A stretch of DNA of 64,000 nt from Protoeuglena noctilucae (GCA_958009085.1 OY253674.1:620001-684000); one strand, 5' to 3'; positions 1-13,406 are shown, counted from the first letter of the stretch. Numbers and translations are program-made. Notes: generated from the sequence alone by a model not told the origin.

Positions 1-769
1 CACCCCGCCCACCGTCACGTCCGACTCCTCCGTCACCCGCACCAGGACGCGCGTGCCGACCGGCTGCATCTGCGGGATGTCGGCCGCGTTCACGTCCGAC
101 TTCGGCATGACCCCGATGCAGTCGTCCTCGCGGATGAGGAGGTGGGGCTGCCCGTTGACCTCCACGTCGGTGCACCCGATGCCGAAGCGGCCGTACAGGA
201 CCGTGGTCCCCGGCTGAAGCTTCATCTCCAAGGTCTCGCCCTCCACCTTGCCATCCCCGACGGCCACGACATCCCCCGCCGTCGGCCTCTGCGGGGCAGT
301 CGGGGTGGGTCGGGGTGGGCGCAGGAGGCACCCGGTGCGTCGCCCTCGCCGAGCCGCTCAAACCCACACCTTGCGGACAGAGTCGGGGAGGATAATGCCC
401 CCCGCAGTCTTCTCCTCGGCCGGTGCGACCTTGAGCAGCACCAGGTCTCCCTTGGGCGTCACCTGCGCACTCGCGGAGGCCGCTGGGGATCGCTCGCGCG
501 CACGCAGAGCAGGTCCCATCCAGACAGACGCGGCAGGGAAGGCAGATGTGGGACATACGCAGCGAGCTCGCGCCCACAGCGCTCGCCGAGCCGCGTTCTA
601 GAAATGTGGCAGCCTGGGACGGCTGGAGGGACCGGCGTGGGCCAGCCGCTCTCACCGTCTTGAACTGGGCGGGGATAGGCACCGCCTGCGCCCGCGCGAC
701 CACCAGACCGCGAGAGGGGCCTGCGGGCGGGGCGACCCGGACCCCCAGGAACGATGGCGCCTGAGACAT
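1..769 (-). CDS. CPN20: Chloroplast co-chaperonin Cpn20 (tandem GroES domains); 3' end runs off the window
   Basis: ATG at 769 gives MSQAPSFLGVRVAPP...QAVPIPAQFKT (transit-like). Spliced exons continue VTPKGDLVLLKVAPAEEKTAGGIILPDSVRK / RPTAGDVVAVGDGK...TVLYGRFG...HLLIREDDCIGVMP, then a second GroES repeat PVGTRVLVRV...TVGGV. Introns are GT-AG. Confidence 0.9.
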   Translation of the reverse strand, partial: MSQAPSFLGVRVAPPAGPSRGLVVARAQAVPIPAQFKTVRAAGPRRSLQPSQAATFLERGSASAVGASSLRMSHICLPCRVCLDGTCSACARAIPSGLRECAGDAQGRPGAAQGRTGRGEDCGGHYPPRLCPQGVGLSGSARATHRVPPAPTPTHPDCPAEADGGGCRGRRGWQGGGRDLGDEASAGDHGPVRPLRHRVHRRGGQRAAPPPHPRGRLHRGHAEVGRERGRHPADAAGRHARPGAGDGGVGRDGGRG

Positions 770-1115
770 GGGCGCGATGAGATCACAAGTTCCACCAACT
801 TTGTCGGTGACGATTCGGCCCGCCGTCGCGTCGCCCCCGCGCTCTAAGCCGGGGATAACGAATTCTGACAAAGTGAAAAGCCTTCCAGGGACTCCCCGGC
901 GCCCGCCGCCCGACTTCATTCGCTTGCGCAACATGTCGAACCTCGTCGCGTGCCGCGGGGCCCCGGTCTCGGGCCTTTGCAAGGCGGGCAGGGCGAGGGA
1001 TGGGCTCCCTGGTCCGCTAGGCCGGGCATTGCGCCCGACATGGACTTTCGAGGTGCGTAAGGCCGTCGCGCTCATGCTCGACTTGACCCAACAGCCCCAG
1101 CGACGGCCGCGAAGC

Positions 1116-3111
1116 ATGGCTTTTGTTCGCGCCATTGCCGTCGCACATCGGCTGCCGTGCCAGGCCTCCTGCCGCTGCCACGGGGTCGTTTTGTTCGTCA
1201 GGTGGCGCGCATGTCGCCGCAGACGTCCACGGTGCAGCCTCGACACGAGTCTCGGGGGATATCCGCCACCTGCGTGACGCATCGCAGCCAAAGCCTGAAC
1301 CCTGGCTCGCTAACTCGCGGGACTTGCTGCGCCGCAGTTGTCGACTGAGGGGAGGAGGGCGGCGGTCATCGTGGCTGCGGCAGCGGAGGCGCCGGCGTCG
1401 ACCAAGACCTCACGCAAGCCCCCCTTCCCGTTCGTCAAGGTCGTGGGGCAAGACGAGCTCAAGCTGGCCCTCATTCTGAACGTCATCGACCCACAGGTGC
1501 CCCCCCGCGTGATGTCTAGTCCCCGGTCGCGCTCAGCCGCGGCCATCGACCCCGCATGATGGCCCTGCCGTTGCAGATCGGGGGGGTCCTCATCCTGGGA
1601 GACCGGGGCACCGCCAAATCGGTGGCCGTCCGCGCGCTCGTGGACCTGCTGCCGGAGATCGATGTGGTGCCCGGGGACGACTTCAACTCCTCCCCGACAG
1701 ACCCCAAGCTCATGGGACCGGACGCCCTGGCGCGCCTGAATGCCGGCGAGGCGAGTTGGCCCAGACGCGCAGCCTGCGGCGTTTACAGGTAACGTCCGAG
1801 AGGTGTTTGCCACATATCTCGTCTCTCGTCCCACCCGGCTTGCCCGCTGCGCCGCAGACGCTCCCGTCGGTCAAGGTCCCGACGCCGCTGGTGGAGCTGC
1901 CGCTCGGGGCGACGGAGGACCGCATCTGCGGGACGATCGACATCGAGGCCGCTCTCAAGGAGGGCGTCAAGGCGTTCGAGCCTGGCCTGCTCGCCAAGGC
2001 GAACCGGGGCATTTTGTATGTGGACGAGGTCAACCTGCTGGAGGACTCCCTGGTCGACCTGGTGCTGGACTCGGCCGCGGGCGGCGTCAACACGGTGGAG
2101 CGCGAGGGCGTGTCGGTCGTTCACCCGGCAAAGTTCATCATGATCGGGTCCGGCAACCCGGGCGAGGGCGAGCTCCGGCCGCAGCTGCTGGACCGCTTCG
2201 GCTGCTGCGTCAAGGTCGCCACCATCATGGACACGGACCAGCGCGTCGAGTTGGTCATGAACCGCATCTCCTACGAGCAGGACCCCTACGCTTTCAACGA
2301 GGGCTGCAAGGTGACGGCCCGGTTCGTGCAGCGTGGCGTGCTGCGGCGGAGCGCCGCCTCGTGGCAGGGGAACGCGGACGGGGCTACCCGCGCTCGCAGG
2401 AGGAGACGGAGGGGCTCCGTGGGAAGATTGTCGACGCCCGCGGGAGGCTCAAGGAGGTCACGATGGGGCGCGACTTGATGATCAAGATCTCCACGGCGTG
2501 CTCGGAGCTGAACATCGACGGTCTCCGCGGCGACCTGGTGGTCACGCGCACGGGTGGGTGCTGCGCTGCCCTCGGCCTGCCAGTGGCCGCAACTTGCAGC
2601 GCGTCCCTGCCGAGCTCACCCAGCGCTTGCGCAGGCGGTCCCTGAGCCTGTCCCCTCCGACGGGTGTCGCAGCCAAGGCTCTGGCGGCGTGGGAGGGGCG
2701 CAAGGAGGTGGAGCTGCGCGACGTGGACCGCGTGATTTCCATGTGCCTCAACCACCGCATGCGCAAGGACGTGCTCGACACGATCGACTCGGGGAGCCGG
2801 GTGCAGATTGTGTGGGGGCGGAGGAGGGATCCAGAGGCGTGGGAGAGGCAGCGTGCCGAGGCGGAGGCGCGAAGACTCGAGGCGGAGGTGAGGCCTTGCA
2901 CGCTGGCACCCCTGCCGGCGCGCGCTGAGCGTATGCTTGGCTCACGGGTCGCGCCCGCGTTGGAGTGCAGAAGGAGCGCAAGGCGGCGGAGGAGGCCAGG
3001 CGGGCGGCCATGTCGGAGGCGGAGAAGAAGGTGGAGGAGAAGCAGGCCAAGGAGAAGGAGCGGGAGCGCAAGGGGCTCAAGAAGGGCGCGTGGGGCGGCC
3101 TCCCATTCTAA
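1116..3111 (+). CDS. CHLI2: Magnesium chelatase subunit I, algal CHLI2 type (multi-exon)
   Basis: Motifs [90 protein letters not shown] and [10 protein letters not shown] charged C-terminal extension ends [10 protein letters not shown]. Confidence 0.92.
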
Positions 3112-3597
3112 ACGCCTTTGAATCGAGACATGGAATCGGCTGTACGCGTCTGCCCGTTCGCGGCGCCAGTTTTGTGCCTCCCGTGCTGGCGACGGAAACA
3201 GGCGACGCTTGAGCTTCGCGATGAGCTCGACTGCGCTGGCATCGGTCGTGACATTCATCGACATATGCGAGAGTGCAACTTCAGAAGGTAAAGGAGCTCT
3301 GGAAAACCGCCAAAGCGACCCGGACTCGGTCTCATCACCGCTCATGCGTCCTGGCGACGCCGGGGAAGCCACGTCCCGCGTTCAATGGTGGCCCGGAGTT
3401 GTGCGTGTGACGCATGCGGCGCCGGGCCCCTCGACCACCCTTTCACTATCGTGCATCGTGTTGGGGACCCTTCCTCAGGAATCCAGCGGGTGAATAGGCA
3501 CCTGTCGATGGACACTTGGATGCCAAGCACAAAGCGTTGCAAATCGAGTGCCGCTAGGACCTGCAGACGAGGTGGACGTTGCGCACGCAGGGCCACG

Positions 3598-5330
3598 ATG
3601 ACGGCGGTGACCTGGGAGGACGTGATGGAGGAAGGGACGCAAGCGGCAAGCCAGGCCCATGTACGGGTTGCGCTGGGGTCCCAAGAAGCGGCGATATGGG
3701 TACCCGCAGCATTTGTGGCCACCGTCACCGTGGCGACAGTGATCCAGGCAAGTGCACGCATGGGTCACCTGAGTGGCCAGGTGGCCACTCGTAAGCCCCA
3801 CGTCCAAATGTCGTTCCTGTCTGTTCCAGGAACCCATTGCGGCTCTGCTTCAGGGGCGGGACTCGCTCCGCCTTGCGCTGTTCGACCTCGAGCTGCCGTC
3901 CTCGATACTGAAGCGTCCGGCAGAGGCAGAGATCGGTCTCGAGCAAACGGCGGCGAGCTCGTGGACGGCGGGCGACGTGAAGGCAGGCCTGCCCCTGGCG
4001 GTGGTGGGGACCCCGTTCGCGGCAGCTGCCCACGAGTACTTGCAAGACGCGGTGTACCACGCGCGCGTCAGCAAATCCCTTTCCGAGTCAGGCGTGCCTT
4101 TGGTTCTGCTGGTGAGTGCTGCTCAGCACCTGCAGGATTCGCCATGCTTGTGTTGGTGCAACCACATGGGGCCCGTGCTCGCTGCATCTGCAGGACATGG
4201 CGCCGATCACGGGCCTGGAGGGTTCGCCGGTCTGTGATGCAGCTGGTCGTCTCCGCGGGATTGTGTGCCCCTCGCTCCGGCCCAAGCAGCCGCTCTTTCT
4301 GGGCGCCGCGATGACCCAGGTCCCCTCGATGGTCCCTTGGCCCGCAGTGCTGCAGCCCTTGGGACAGGTACGCCCACAGTTGGGCGCCGAGCAGCCATTA
4401 TCTGCAGAGGGCCGCTGGCGTTTCACGGCATGCAGTGGTACGGGGATGGTGGGCACAGCTGCAAGAGCTGAGTTTGGTCTGGGGGGTGACGTGGCCGTCG
4501 CAAGGGCCAGTCAAGTGGTCTGCGTCGGCGCTCGAGGTGGCTGGGGCTCCGGAGTCTTGCTCGGCCCAGAGGAAGCGCTGAGGCGCTCATTGCTGGGTGC
4601 CCAGCCGTTGTCAGACAGCGCCGGGCACGCGGGGCAGCCCGGCTCGTGGCTGGTCGCCACCGCCGCGCACGTGGTCGCCGGGGCGGACACTTGCGACGTG
4701 CTCACGCAGCGAGGGACCTCTTGCGTCGCGCACGTCGCATTCCGGGCGCCGCAGGGCCTGCAAGCCGTGCTGGACATCGCCCTCCTCCGCGTACCGCGAG
4801 AGAGCGTCCGCGGGTTCGACGCGACTCCCGTGGCATGGGACGGCGACCACCTCTGCGCTGGTGCCCCTTGCTGCGTCCTCGGCCACGCCCTGCTCGACCC
4901 CCGCGTGGGCGTTCGGGCAGGGTGGCAGGCGGCAAGATCGCCCGTTGCGAGCTTTGGCGTCCTGTCCCGCGTGGTAACATCGCGGAGGATACACGAGGCA
5001 GTCGGCGACTGCGACTCCCCAGCAACGCTGCCCACCCGCGGTGAGGCATCCGAGGCGCCCGTGCTCCTCGTCACGTCCGCGCGCGTGCTGCCGGGTGCAT
5101 CGGGCGGCGCCCTGGTCGACTCACGCGGCCGGGTGATAGGGATGGCCGTCAGTAACGTCGGCTTCCAGGGCGCCACGTACGACCGCGTCGGCCTCTGCCT
5201 CCCCGCCACGCTCTGGGCATCCAGTTTGAGGACCCTGTGGGGCCAGTCCGGCGCCCGCGCCCGCCTTGCTGCGGAGACGGAGGCTTGGAATCGCGCGACC
5301 TTGCGGAGGGGCGTGGCCAGCCGGTTGTAG
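3598..5330 (+). CDS. DEG15: Peroxisomal/glyoxysomal processing protease DEG15/TYSND1-like (start uncertain, possibly 3221)
   Basis: Trypsin-like triad motifs VATAAHVV, LDIALLRV and VLPGASGGALV. A degenerate first protease domain is present (VVGTPF...DMAPITGLEGSPV). The protein ends in the PTS1 signal SRL*. Confidence 0.82.
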
Positions 5331-5925
5331 CCAGCTGCATGCCGCATGGCACCTCCCAGCTCCCCCGCTGCGTCGAATCTAGCGCTCCTTTGCACGCAAT
5401 GTGCTCATGAAAGACCATGCGAGCTGATGCGTTTGTCCTGCGGCGCAGCGACACAGATCGAGGATTTGCTGAGCTCCGTGCCACTGGCACGCAAGAGTTG
5501 TGGGCGGCCGCCCTCAGAGGGCCCCGGGGAGCGCACTGGGGGCCATTCTGACATCTCATTTGCCGCACTCGGCAGATCAGCGGATCACACGCGAGAATGT
5601 ACGGCTGCGGACGGTGCCTGGGCTGCTGCGGGTGGCTCTCGGCGGAAAGCCTCCAAGACATGGCCGTCTGGCCGGGCGGGACGGGTGAGTCGCTTAAATG
5701 CACCGAGAGAAGGGCGATACGGGGCCGTCCGGTGACGCGCCGGTCCCGCTCAAAAGGTCGCACCCGTGGGCCCGGACTCGCCTTATCTGCGGAGCCTTCG
5801 ACCTTTCCTCTCGCACTTGTGCACAAATGTAATATTTTAAGATGTTCTGTGCGCCCACACATCCGTGATGCTCCTCCCATGCGCCGCGCCAGCCTACCAA
5901 CCTTGGCGCCTGCCACCTCTCGCAG

Positions 5926-6514
5926 GGCTCAAGGGCTTCATCGACAACCCGTGCTTCCTGCCCCGTCCGATGGATAACGAGTTCCGGCCGCAGCCGGCCC
6001 TCGCAGCGTCGCCCATACGGGCCCGGTGAGCGCGGGGACACCTTGGCGCCTGTTGGTGGTACTTGGGCCACGTGCGACCGCCTCCGCCTCCCCGGGCGAG
6101 TCTGGACCCCCCGCGGTCCGCACCTTTTCTCGCAGACGCGAAAGCGCCACCCAGCTCTCCGTCCGCGTGCCCTTCGGCAAGACCAACATTCCCGAGGGCG
6201 CTGGCGTCCTCTACCTCGGCATCTGCGACGCCTACCCCGCCCGCCGCCCCCGGAAGCAGCGCCGCAGCTCTCGTGCTTCCACGGTCTACTTCTCGCACGA
6301 TCGCGAGGACCTGACGGTCCGCAACGCGCCCTACTTAACTGCCGAGTCCCCCGCCGACGCCCGCCTGGTGCACGGCCAGCCGTTTGGCGCCGACTGCGCC
6401 GAGATGAGCGGCGTCGAGTTCCTACGGACCATTATGTGGGTCGCTAAGCCCTTCTTCCCGCCCGGATTCTCCTGTTCCGAGCACGCCATGGTCCCTGTGC
6501 GTGTCCAGCACTGA
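5926..6514 (+). CDS. Hypothetical protein, last two exons (5' part unresolved)
   Basis: Exons ~5926-6025 and 6136-6514 join in phase across a GT-AG intron and show C/G-ending codon bias. No family recognised. Confidence 0.4.
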
Positions 6515-7216
6515 CGCGCAACCCACGCATGCCCCCCTCGTCCCTAGGCCGCCGCCAATCCACTTGCAGGACCGGCACTCGCGAGGCTCCCATTCTCGGG
6601 CGTTGCCCTCGGCCACTGCATGCCTGCCACCCGTGGCCCCGCTTGCCCCGTAGCTACTCGCGCCGGTCTCCTTTTCCCGATGCCACCATTCATGCGGCTA
6701 CCGGCGCCATTGCCGACTCACTGCATATTTGCAGTGGTACCTCTCAGAAGCAGTCCTCTCACGGACACAGCGTGTGCTGCACGTCGTGTCGATGGACCCA
6801 GCCGGTGTCCCCGGCCTGCTGTTTTGTCCTACCTCCGTTCCCTTTCCCATGCATGAGTCTTCTCGTGATCCTGAGAGGCTTCGACGCGGCCATACCTATG
6901 CCTTGGCCCGCGCGCGTGATGGGCCATGGGCATTGACCCGCGCTCCCTGGCTTGCCCGCCGCGGAGTGCATTCGTTCTTCTCCCCAAGCATAGAGCGTAG
7001 AGCCGTGACTTGCAGTCGTTCGAAGTGCCACGTTGCGAGAGAACAGTGCACCGCTTGCGTCACTACGCAGCAACTGCTGGCGCTCAGTCCCCAGTTCCAC
7101 AGGCATTAACATGCGCAACCACACATGCAGGGACACTCGTGCTATGGCAGCCCGCCCTGAGGCCGTGCCCCTTGCTTACATCGCCCCCACGGTACATCGT
7201 CCCCCTACGGCACTCC

Positions 7217-10200
7217 TCAGCCGATCCGAATGCCGCCGTCCGCCCTGCCGTACCCCGGCCGGTAGTTCTCACGTCGCTTGGAGTGGGGCCGCGTGTCGGG
7301 ATGCTCCACGGCCAGCGAAATGTCACTGCGAGAACCAAGCGGCAGCTACGAATAAAACAGTGGGATGGCGGAACATTGACAGCGGAGGTGCGGCTTTGAC
7401 CTCCCAGGAAGCCAAACCATGGCCCGGCCGTGGGGCTGGCGTATGCCGCAGGGCCACCCCGCTGTGCAAGCCTCGGCATGGATATCCCCAGGCCGCACCT
7501 GAGGTCTGACATCCGCATGAGACGGTCGCCCAGCGGCTGGTTCGCCATCAGCTCTTCCGCCTTGCCCATCTGCCACAGGAACCATTTCCAGCTCTGCGCC
7601 CCCTGCAGGCGGGCACGGCACAGCGACGCTCGACAGCGGCGGCCGAACCCTACGAGCGTGCCGGCGCGACGGCCTGTCCCGCCCCGCCACGAGCAAGGGC
7701 CGCAGCGAAGCCTCACCGGGTCCGTCACCCCCATCTTGGCCAGCACCCGCGCCCGGATCGAGTCGAGCGTGTCGCTCGCACCAACAGGCACCAGCAGCGG
7801 CTCGCCCCAGAAGTCCAAATCCATCCCCACGCGCTGCACGCGGACGCTGCGGGTGCAGACGGGGGCCGCGATGAGTGACGAGAACATGGATGTCGGGACG
7901 ACATCATGCCACACCCCTGTCACTCCCGCACCCGGGATGTGAAAACGTGATGCACCCGCCGCGATGCTCACCAGTGGCACACGTTGACCAGCATCCGCTT
8001 AATGGCCCTGAGCTCCTCCATGGACTCCCCCTCGGGCAGAGGCTCGAGCCGGTACTGCCACTGCCAGAGGTTCTTGACCTCCTTCAGCTGCTCTTTGGGG
8101 TCGACGACGTGGTGCACGCGGTGTTGGGAGACGCACAGCAGCCGCAGGGGCCCCTGGAGCGACAACCGCCGCGCCGCCTCCGCCATCTGAGGGAACAGGA
8201 GCCGGGGCGCGGTTGCGCGGGGTCACAGGACGCGCCAGTGTCGGTGCGTGAGCTGCTTGGCCCCATGCACTGCTGCAGCGCAGCTCAGAGGGGCATGCGG
8301 ATACACCACCCCGTCCTGCTGGGTGCCCACGCCCCTTACGCATACAACGCCTCTGTGCCCATCCGCTCACCAGCGCCTGCATGGCCTCATGACAACTCTC
8401 TCCCACACTCACCAGCGCCTGCATGTTTTCTGCCTGGTGGAGCTGCACCTCCACCTCCCTCTCAAACTCCCCCCGCTCGTTCACGTACGACACAGACACG
8501 CTGCGCATCTGCTCCAGCTTGGAGAGAGGCATCGTGAGCACCTCGTAGAAGAAGAAGTTGGGCACGAACGTGCTTTGCTCGAACAGCTGCCGCAGGTTCT
8601 GCGAGCGGCACGAGGCGGGCAGGGTGCGGCAGGGCGCGACGTCGCCGTCACCGGTGCGAGGGGCGGGTGAGGAAGAGGAAAAACTGGCCTAGGCGATGGG
8701 ATCTGAACATGCAGGCCTGGTAGGGCCCGGGACTGTGTCGCGCGTCACCGCGGCTGTCCGCGCCCCGCCCAGGCGTCCCCGTCCACGTACCGCCCCAGGC
8801 CCCAGGCTCACCCTGGTCTCCCCGCTGACCACGTGGTTCCGCGAGGCTTTCTGCATCCACTGGTGCTGCGGGTAGAGTCGGACGTACTCCCAAGACTCGA
8901 GGCCCAGGCGCTGTGCCAGCCGCCCCGCAATCTGCGGGTACGTGTCGGTCGTCATCATGTCCAGCCGGACCACGTTTTCCCTCGAGTCCTCCAGGCGCTG
9001 GAACGTCACTGCGGGCGACAGCCGACGACGCTGCCGTGAGGGCCCGCAGCAGCGCCACACATCGCCCACTCCGGCGGTCGATGCAGCTGCCGCTCCCAAC
9101 CACCGCTCCCTTCCGTGCCGGCACCGCGGCCGCTCCCTCGCCTTTGCACTCGTTGATCTTGCGCTCGATGAACGTCTCGACCGTCTCCCCCGGTTCCTTG
9201 GAGACAAGCTGGACGATGAACACGTCCCCGGACTTGGCGTTGATGTTGGCCAGCTTCTCCGTCCCCTTGAGCCGCACCACCACCTCCGCGTTGGGCTGCC
9301 GGAACGTCCGCAGCGACGGGTCCATCGCCTCCTCGTACACCGCCAGCCGCGACGTTTCTGGCAGGCCCCTGCGCCGTAGGAGCTCCCGCTCCACCACGGC
9401 GACGGTCGCCGACGTGGGCACGAGCTGCATGACAGGAAAGACTAGAGCCGGGATTGCAAGAGGTATGGCGCCGCCAAGGGTGCCCCCGCAGGCAAGGAGC
9501 GACACGCACGGCGAGCGGCAGCCAGAGGGCAAGGTTGCAGCGCAGCGTGGTAGACCGAGCGCGGGTGGTGGCAGGCACGCACCATGTGCGTGAAGTAGGT
9601 GAGGGTGGACGTCCCGGGCTCGAACCACTTAAAGAACAGCAGGGCCATGTCCTGGAGATCGTACGCAGCCCCGGCCTGCTCCGGCGGCAGCTCCTCCAAA
9701 TACACAAAGAGCTCCGTGGTCGCCGTGCTGGCCGCGGCATGCTTGGACCGGCGGCCGATCTGCGCCGGAACACAGGCCGAGCATCGTTGCCAATGTCTGG
9801 CAGCGAGGCACCGCCCGTCCCCTCCAAACGGTGAGCGATGGGAGGGCGTCGCCGACGATCCCCGCGATCTCCAGCAACGAGGCATGCAGGCCGCACCTGG
9901 TCCAGCAGTTCCCCGTACCGCGACGAGGGCAGGGGGACGCAGGGCCGCCAGTTGCCGGTGTCGCGGTTGTCCAGCAGCCAGTACCGGTGCTGTGCAGCGG
10001 GCACGCCGCACTCGGCCTCCATGCCGCGGACCATCTCCCAGAAGGGCAAATTGGACCGGAGCCGCCGCTGCCGGGCGCTGATGGACGCCTCCGCCAGGCC
10101 AAACACCCGCGCTTCCACGGACGCCTTCAGGTCACCCTCCCGCAGCACCGCCACGTTCGCGTACAGGTGCGCCTCCTCCCGGTCTGCGTTCTCCCGCTTC

Positions 10201-12515
10201 TCCTTCTCCAGCTGCCCCCTCAACGTCGCCTGCAGGTGCTCCGGCAGGTCACCCTCCCCCGCATCGCTGCGGGAAACACAACGGGGCGGGAAGTGGTGTT
10301 GTTATGAAGGCGCAGCCACCTTTCGGCGAAGCAAAGCTACTTCCAAGCAAGTCGGCCCGCTTGCCCCCGCGTGTCTCACCAGAACACCTTGGGCCAGTCC
10401 GACTCCCGCACGTAGACCAGCATGTAAGCGTTGGACCCCCGCGCCACGCCCCGCCCCTCCGTGCTCCCCAACTGGCTCTCGATGGCCTCCTGGTCCGGGA
10501 CCTTGACCACCTTGTCGTCGTCGAACTTGAGCCACTGCTTGCCGGTCGGGTTGATGTACGCGAAGTAGTGGCCGCCGTGGTTGCTGCCCATGTGAACCAG
10601 GACGGAGAACAGCTTGTAGTAGTTCCTGCGGGGGAACGCGGGAGAGGAACGGTGCAGGAGGCGGGTCGGCGCAGGCGCGGCGGCGCGCGGGGCCGAGCGT
10701 GCGCCTCAGTGCAAGGATGACAGTGGTTCTTCCTCATGACCCGGTTGGGCCGCGCGGCCCAGAGGGCCACGCTCTCCTCAGAGAGAAGATTAGCGTTTCG
10801 GATTCTCATCCCCGGCGCGTCCCCCACGCGAGCGCCGCGGCAACCCTGGTTGTTGTGCCTCACCGGACAGCGGTGTCGGCCGACTCGTGGAAGAGCTTGC
10901 GCGTGTCCCGGTCCAGGTCGAGGTTGGCGGGGAACTCGAAGCGGTCGTTGATCTTGAACTGCTGCATGGTCTGGTAGTCGAAGTCGAAGCGCTTGAGGTG
11001 GAGGAAGAGGACCGGGGGGCACGACTTGATCTTGGTGAAGCGCAGCGCGTCCTGGAGGCCGAACTTCTCGGCATCGTACTTGTTCTCCCCGGACATCTCC
11101 TCCGCCTCCACCATCTGGTCGAACGACTGGTACACACCCGAGGAGCCCTTGACCATGAGCTGCAGGTCGAGGAACGTCTCGTCCCGCTCGCTCTTGAAGT
11201 CGACGTGCTTGCACTGCGTCGTGTTGACCGTCTTGCCCTCCATCAGGTGCTTGAAGTCCTTCTCCACCGGCGTGTTCTTCATCTTCTCCTCCAGCTTGTC
11301 GATCAGCACCCGCGCAAGCTCCTGCACGTCGTGCTGCTGAAACGCCTCGTACGAGTCCCACCCAAACGTCTTGGTCAGCTCGCGCGTGTCCGCCGCGTCG
11401 TCCGCGTACTGGAGCCGGAAGAAGAAGCGCTGCAGGGCCAGCGGAATTGAAGACGTGGCGTCCTCGTCCTCACTGCGGGGGTGGTTGCACAAGGGACCGC
11501 GTCGTGGGGTGGCCACCGTCGCACGTCGCTGAGGTGGTAGGCGAGGCGGGCTAGGCGACGAGCGCTCAGCGAGCTTTGCGACGGGCTAAGACACGCATGC
11601 GTCCCTGCGCGGCAGGAGCGTCTCGCCACGCGTCTCATGCCAGCTCATGCCTGTGTGTGGGTCTCGCCTGGTGGGAATCTTGTAGACGGCGCGCCGGAAG
11701 GCCGGGAGGTGGAAGAGCGTCTGGAGGAGGGAGTTGAGGTAGCACGTGGCGCCCTGGTTGGTGATGCCGACGAAGCCCGTCTCCTTGCGCGGGTCGTAGC
11801 CTGGGTAGTCGGGTCCGTAAAGCACCTTGACGTCCACCCGCACGCGCAGGGTGCCCTGCTCGTCCAGGAAGCCCGACCCCGGCTCCAACACCGTCTGCAG
11901 CTTCAGGAGCTCGCTAAATCCCCAGTCCATTTCCCGCCGCGTGAAGATGTGCGTTGTGTCCTTGCGAACCGTCTTGGCGGGGTCGACGTTCAGCAGGCTC
12001 AGCTGGAAGCGGGCCGCGCGCGCGTACTTCTTGTCCGGGATCTCCTCATTGTTCACGACGCTGCGGCGGAGAGCGGAGAGGAGAGCCCGGGTGCATGCTA
12101 AGTCCACGCCGGGCCATGCCCAACGCGGGAGCCACCGACCTCCAACAGGCGGACTCACTTGGGCGCGTTGAGGTAGATCGACAAACTTCGTTCCACCTTC
12201 TTCTGGTTGGGGTTCCCGCGCGGGAAGATGAGGAAGTCCCACACGTAGCCCCCAATCTCGAACTGGGCGCTGCAGGCAGGGACCGCGGGCAGTGAGGGAA
12301 GCGGAGGACTGGGTCTCGCGCAGCGTGGGCACAAAATGCGGCATCTGGAACCGCGCGAGCGGGATCGGAGGACCCTGGCGCGCGGCGCACCTGTTGAACT
12401 TTTCCGTGAGGCTGGGGAAGTTCTTGATCTCCTCCGTGTACGACCCGTCATAATCTTGGGACGGACCCTCGGGAGAATCCGCCGTCATATCGATGGTCAT
12501 GGGCTCCGGGCTCAT
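7217..12515 (-). CDS. UBP12: Ubiquitin carboxyl-terminal hydrolase, USP7/UBP12-13 type (MATH + USP + UBL domains)
   Basis: MATH domain (FEIGGYVWDFLIFPRGN, FTRREMDWGFSE), Cys box GITNQGATCYLNSLLQTLF, QQHDVQEL, LHLKRFDFDY and His box HMGSNHGGHYFAYINP...WLKFDD...SNAYMLVYVR. Last exon reads LAVEHPDTRPHSKR...GGIRIG*. Confidence 0.93.
8366..8425. repeat. 18-bp direct repeat CTCACCAGCGCCTGCATG, two copies 42 nt apart, spanning a donor splice site
   Basis: Identical copies at 8366-8383 and 8408-8425. Confidence 0.9.
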
Positions 12516-13406
12516 CGCGGACCCGGGTCTGCGCAGGAGGGCCACGAGCTGGTCAGGCTTGGCCTGCGCTCGCCTACGCCGCCGGGACCGCAAAAGGACT
12601 CGTCCGGAACACCGCAACGCAACAACAAGGACAACTTCTGCGTGGCGATCCAATTTCACGGACGCAGAGCCCCGGCGCGCTCACCAGTGCCCACGCCAGC
12701 GGCGCACAGCCCCGGGACCTCCAACCGCGGGGACCAGACCTCCGCCGGTCGCTCACACGTAAGAACAAGCGTCCAAGCCACCTCCCCCTCCACGCGACGT
12801 CCCTGCAGAAGCGGCTCGGGGTCCCGCGGGTCCTCTGCAGCGGCAACTTGGAGCAAGCACCCCGCGCGCCCGATGGGGGGCCGAGCTCCGGCCTAGCGAC
12901 GCCTGCGGTGCGCTCGGACATTCCAGGGACGCATCGCAAGGCATCCGGGAGGGCCAGATGGTCACGGAGCGCGGGAATTGAAGGGCTCTGTGCTGGGAGA
13001 CCAGGCGCAATTGCCCTTGCCGCTCGAGGCTGTGGGAGGACGTGTGGTAGATACCACACTTACTCTCACCGTCGCAGGCGCTCGGGACGCGGCTCGGTCG
13101 CTCTCGCAGTCCGGATTGCGGGCGATGTTGCAATCTCTAGCTACCCTGCCCTCTGAGATCGCTGAAATGTCGCAGACCTCCACGAGCCGTGCGCTGTTCG
13201 TGCTGAGCACAGTGGCTTCGGGTATGCCCCTGTCATTACACCGGAGCCGCCAGCTGATACGCGTTGCCGTTTGACGGGATTCCTGAAGCAAACGATTGCC
13301 CGCGGGCTCAAGAGGGGCCAGCTTGTGCTGCAGCGCCAGACGGTACCGTGTAGAACGGAGGCAGGGCAGCGAGAGCCAACTCGTGTTGATAGCAACGAGG
13401 CTGAGC

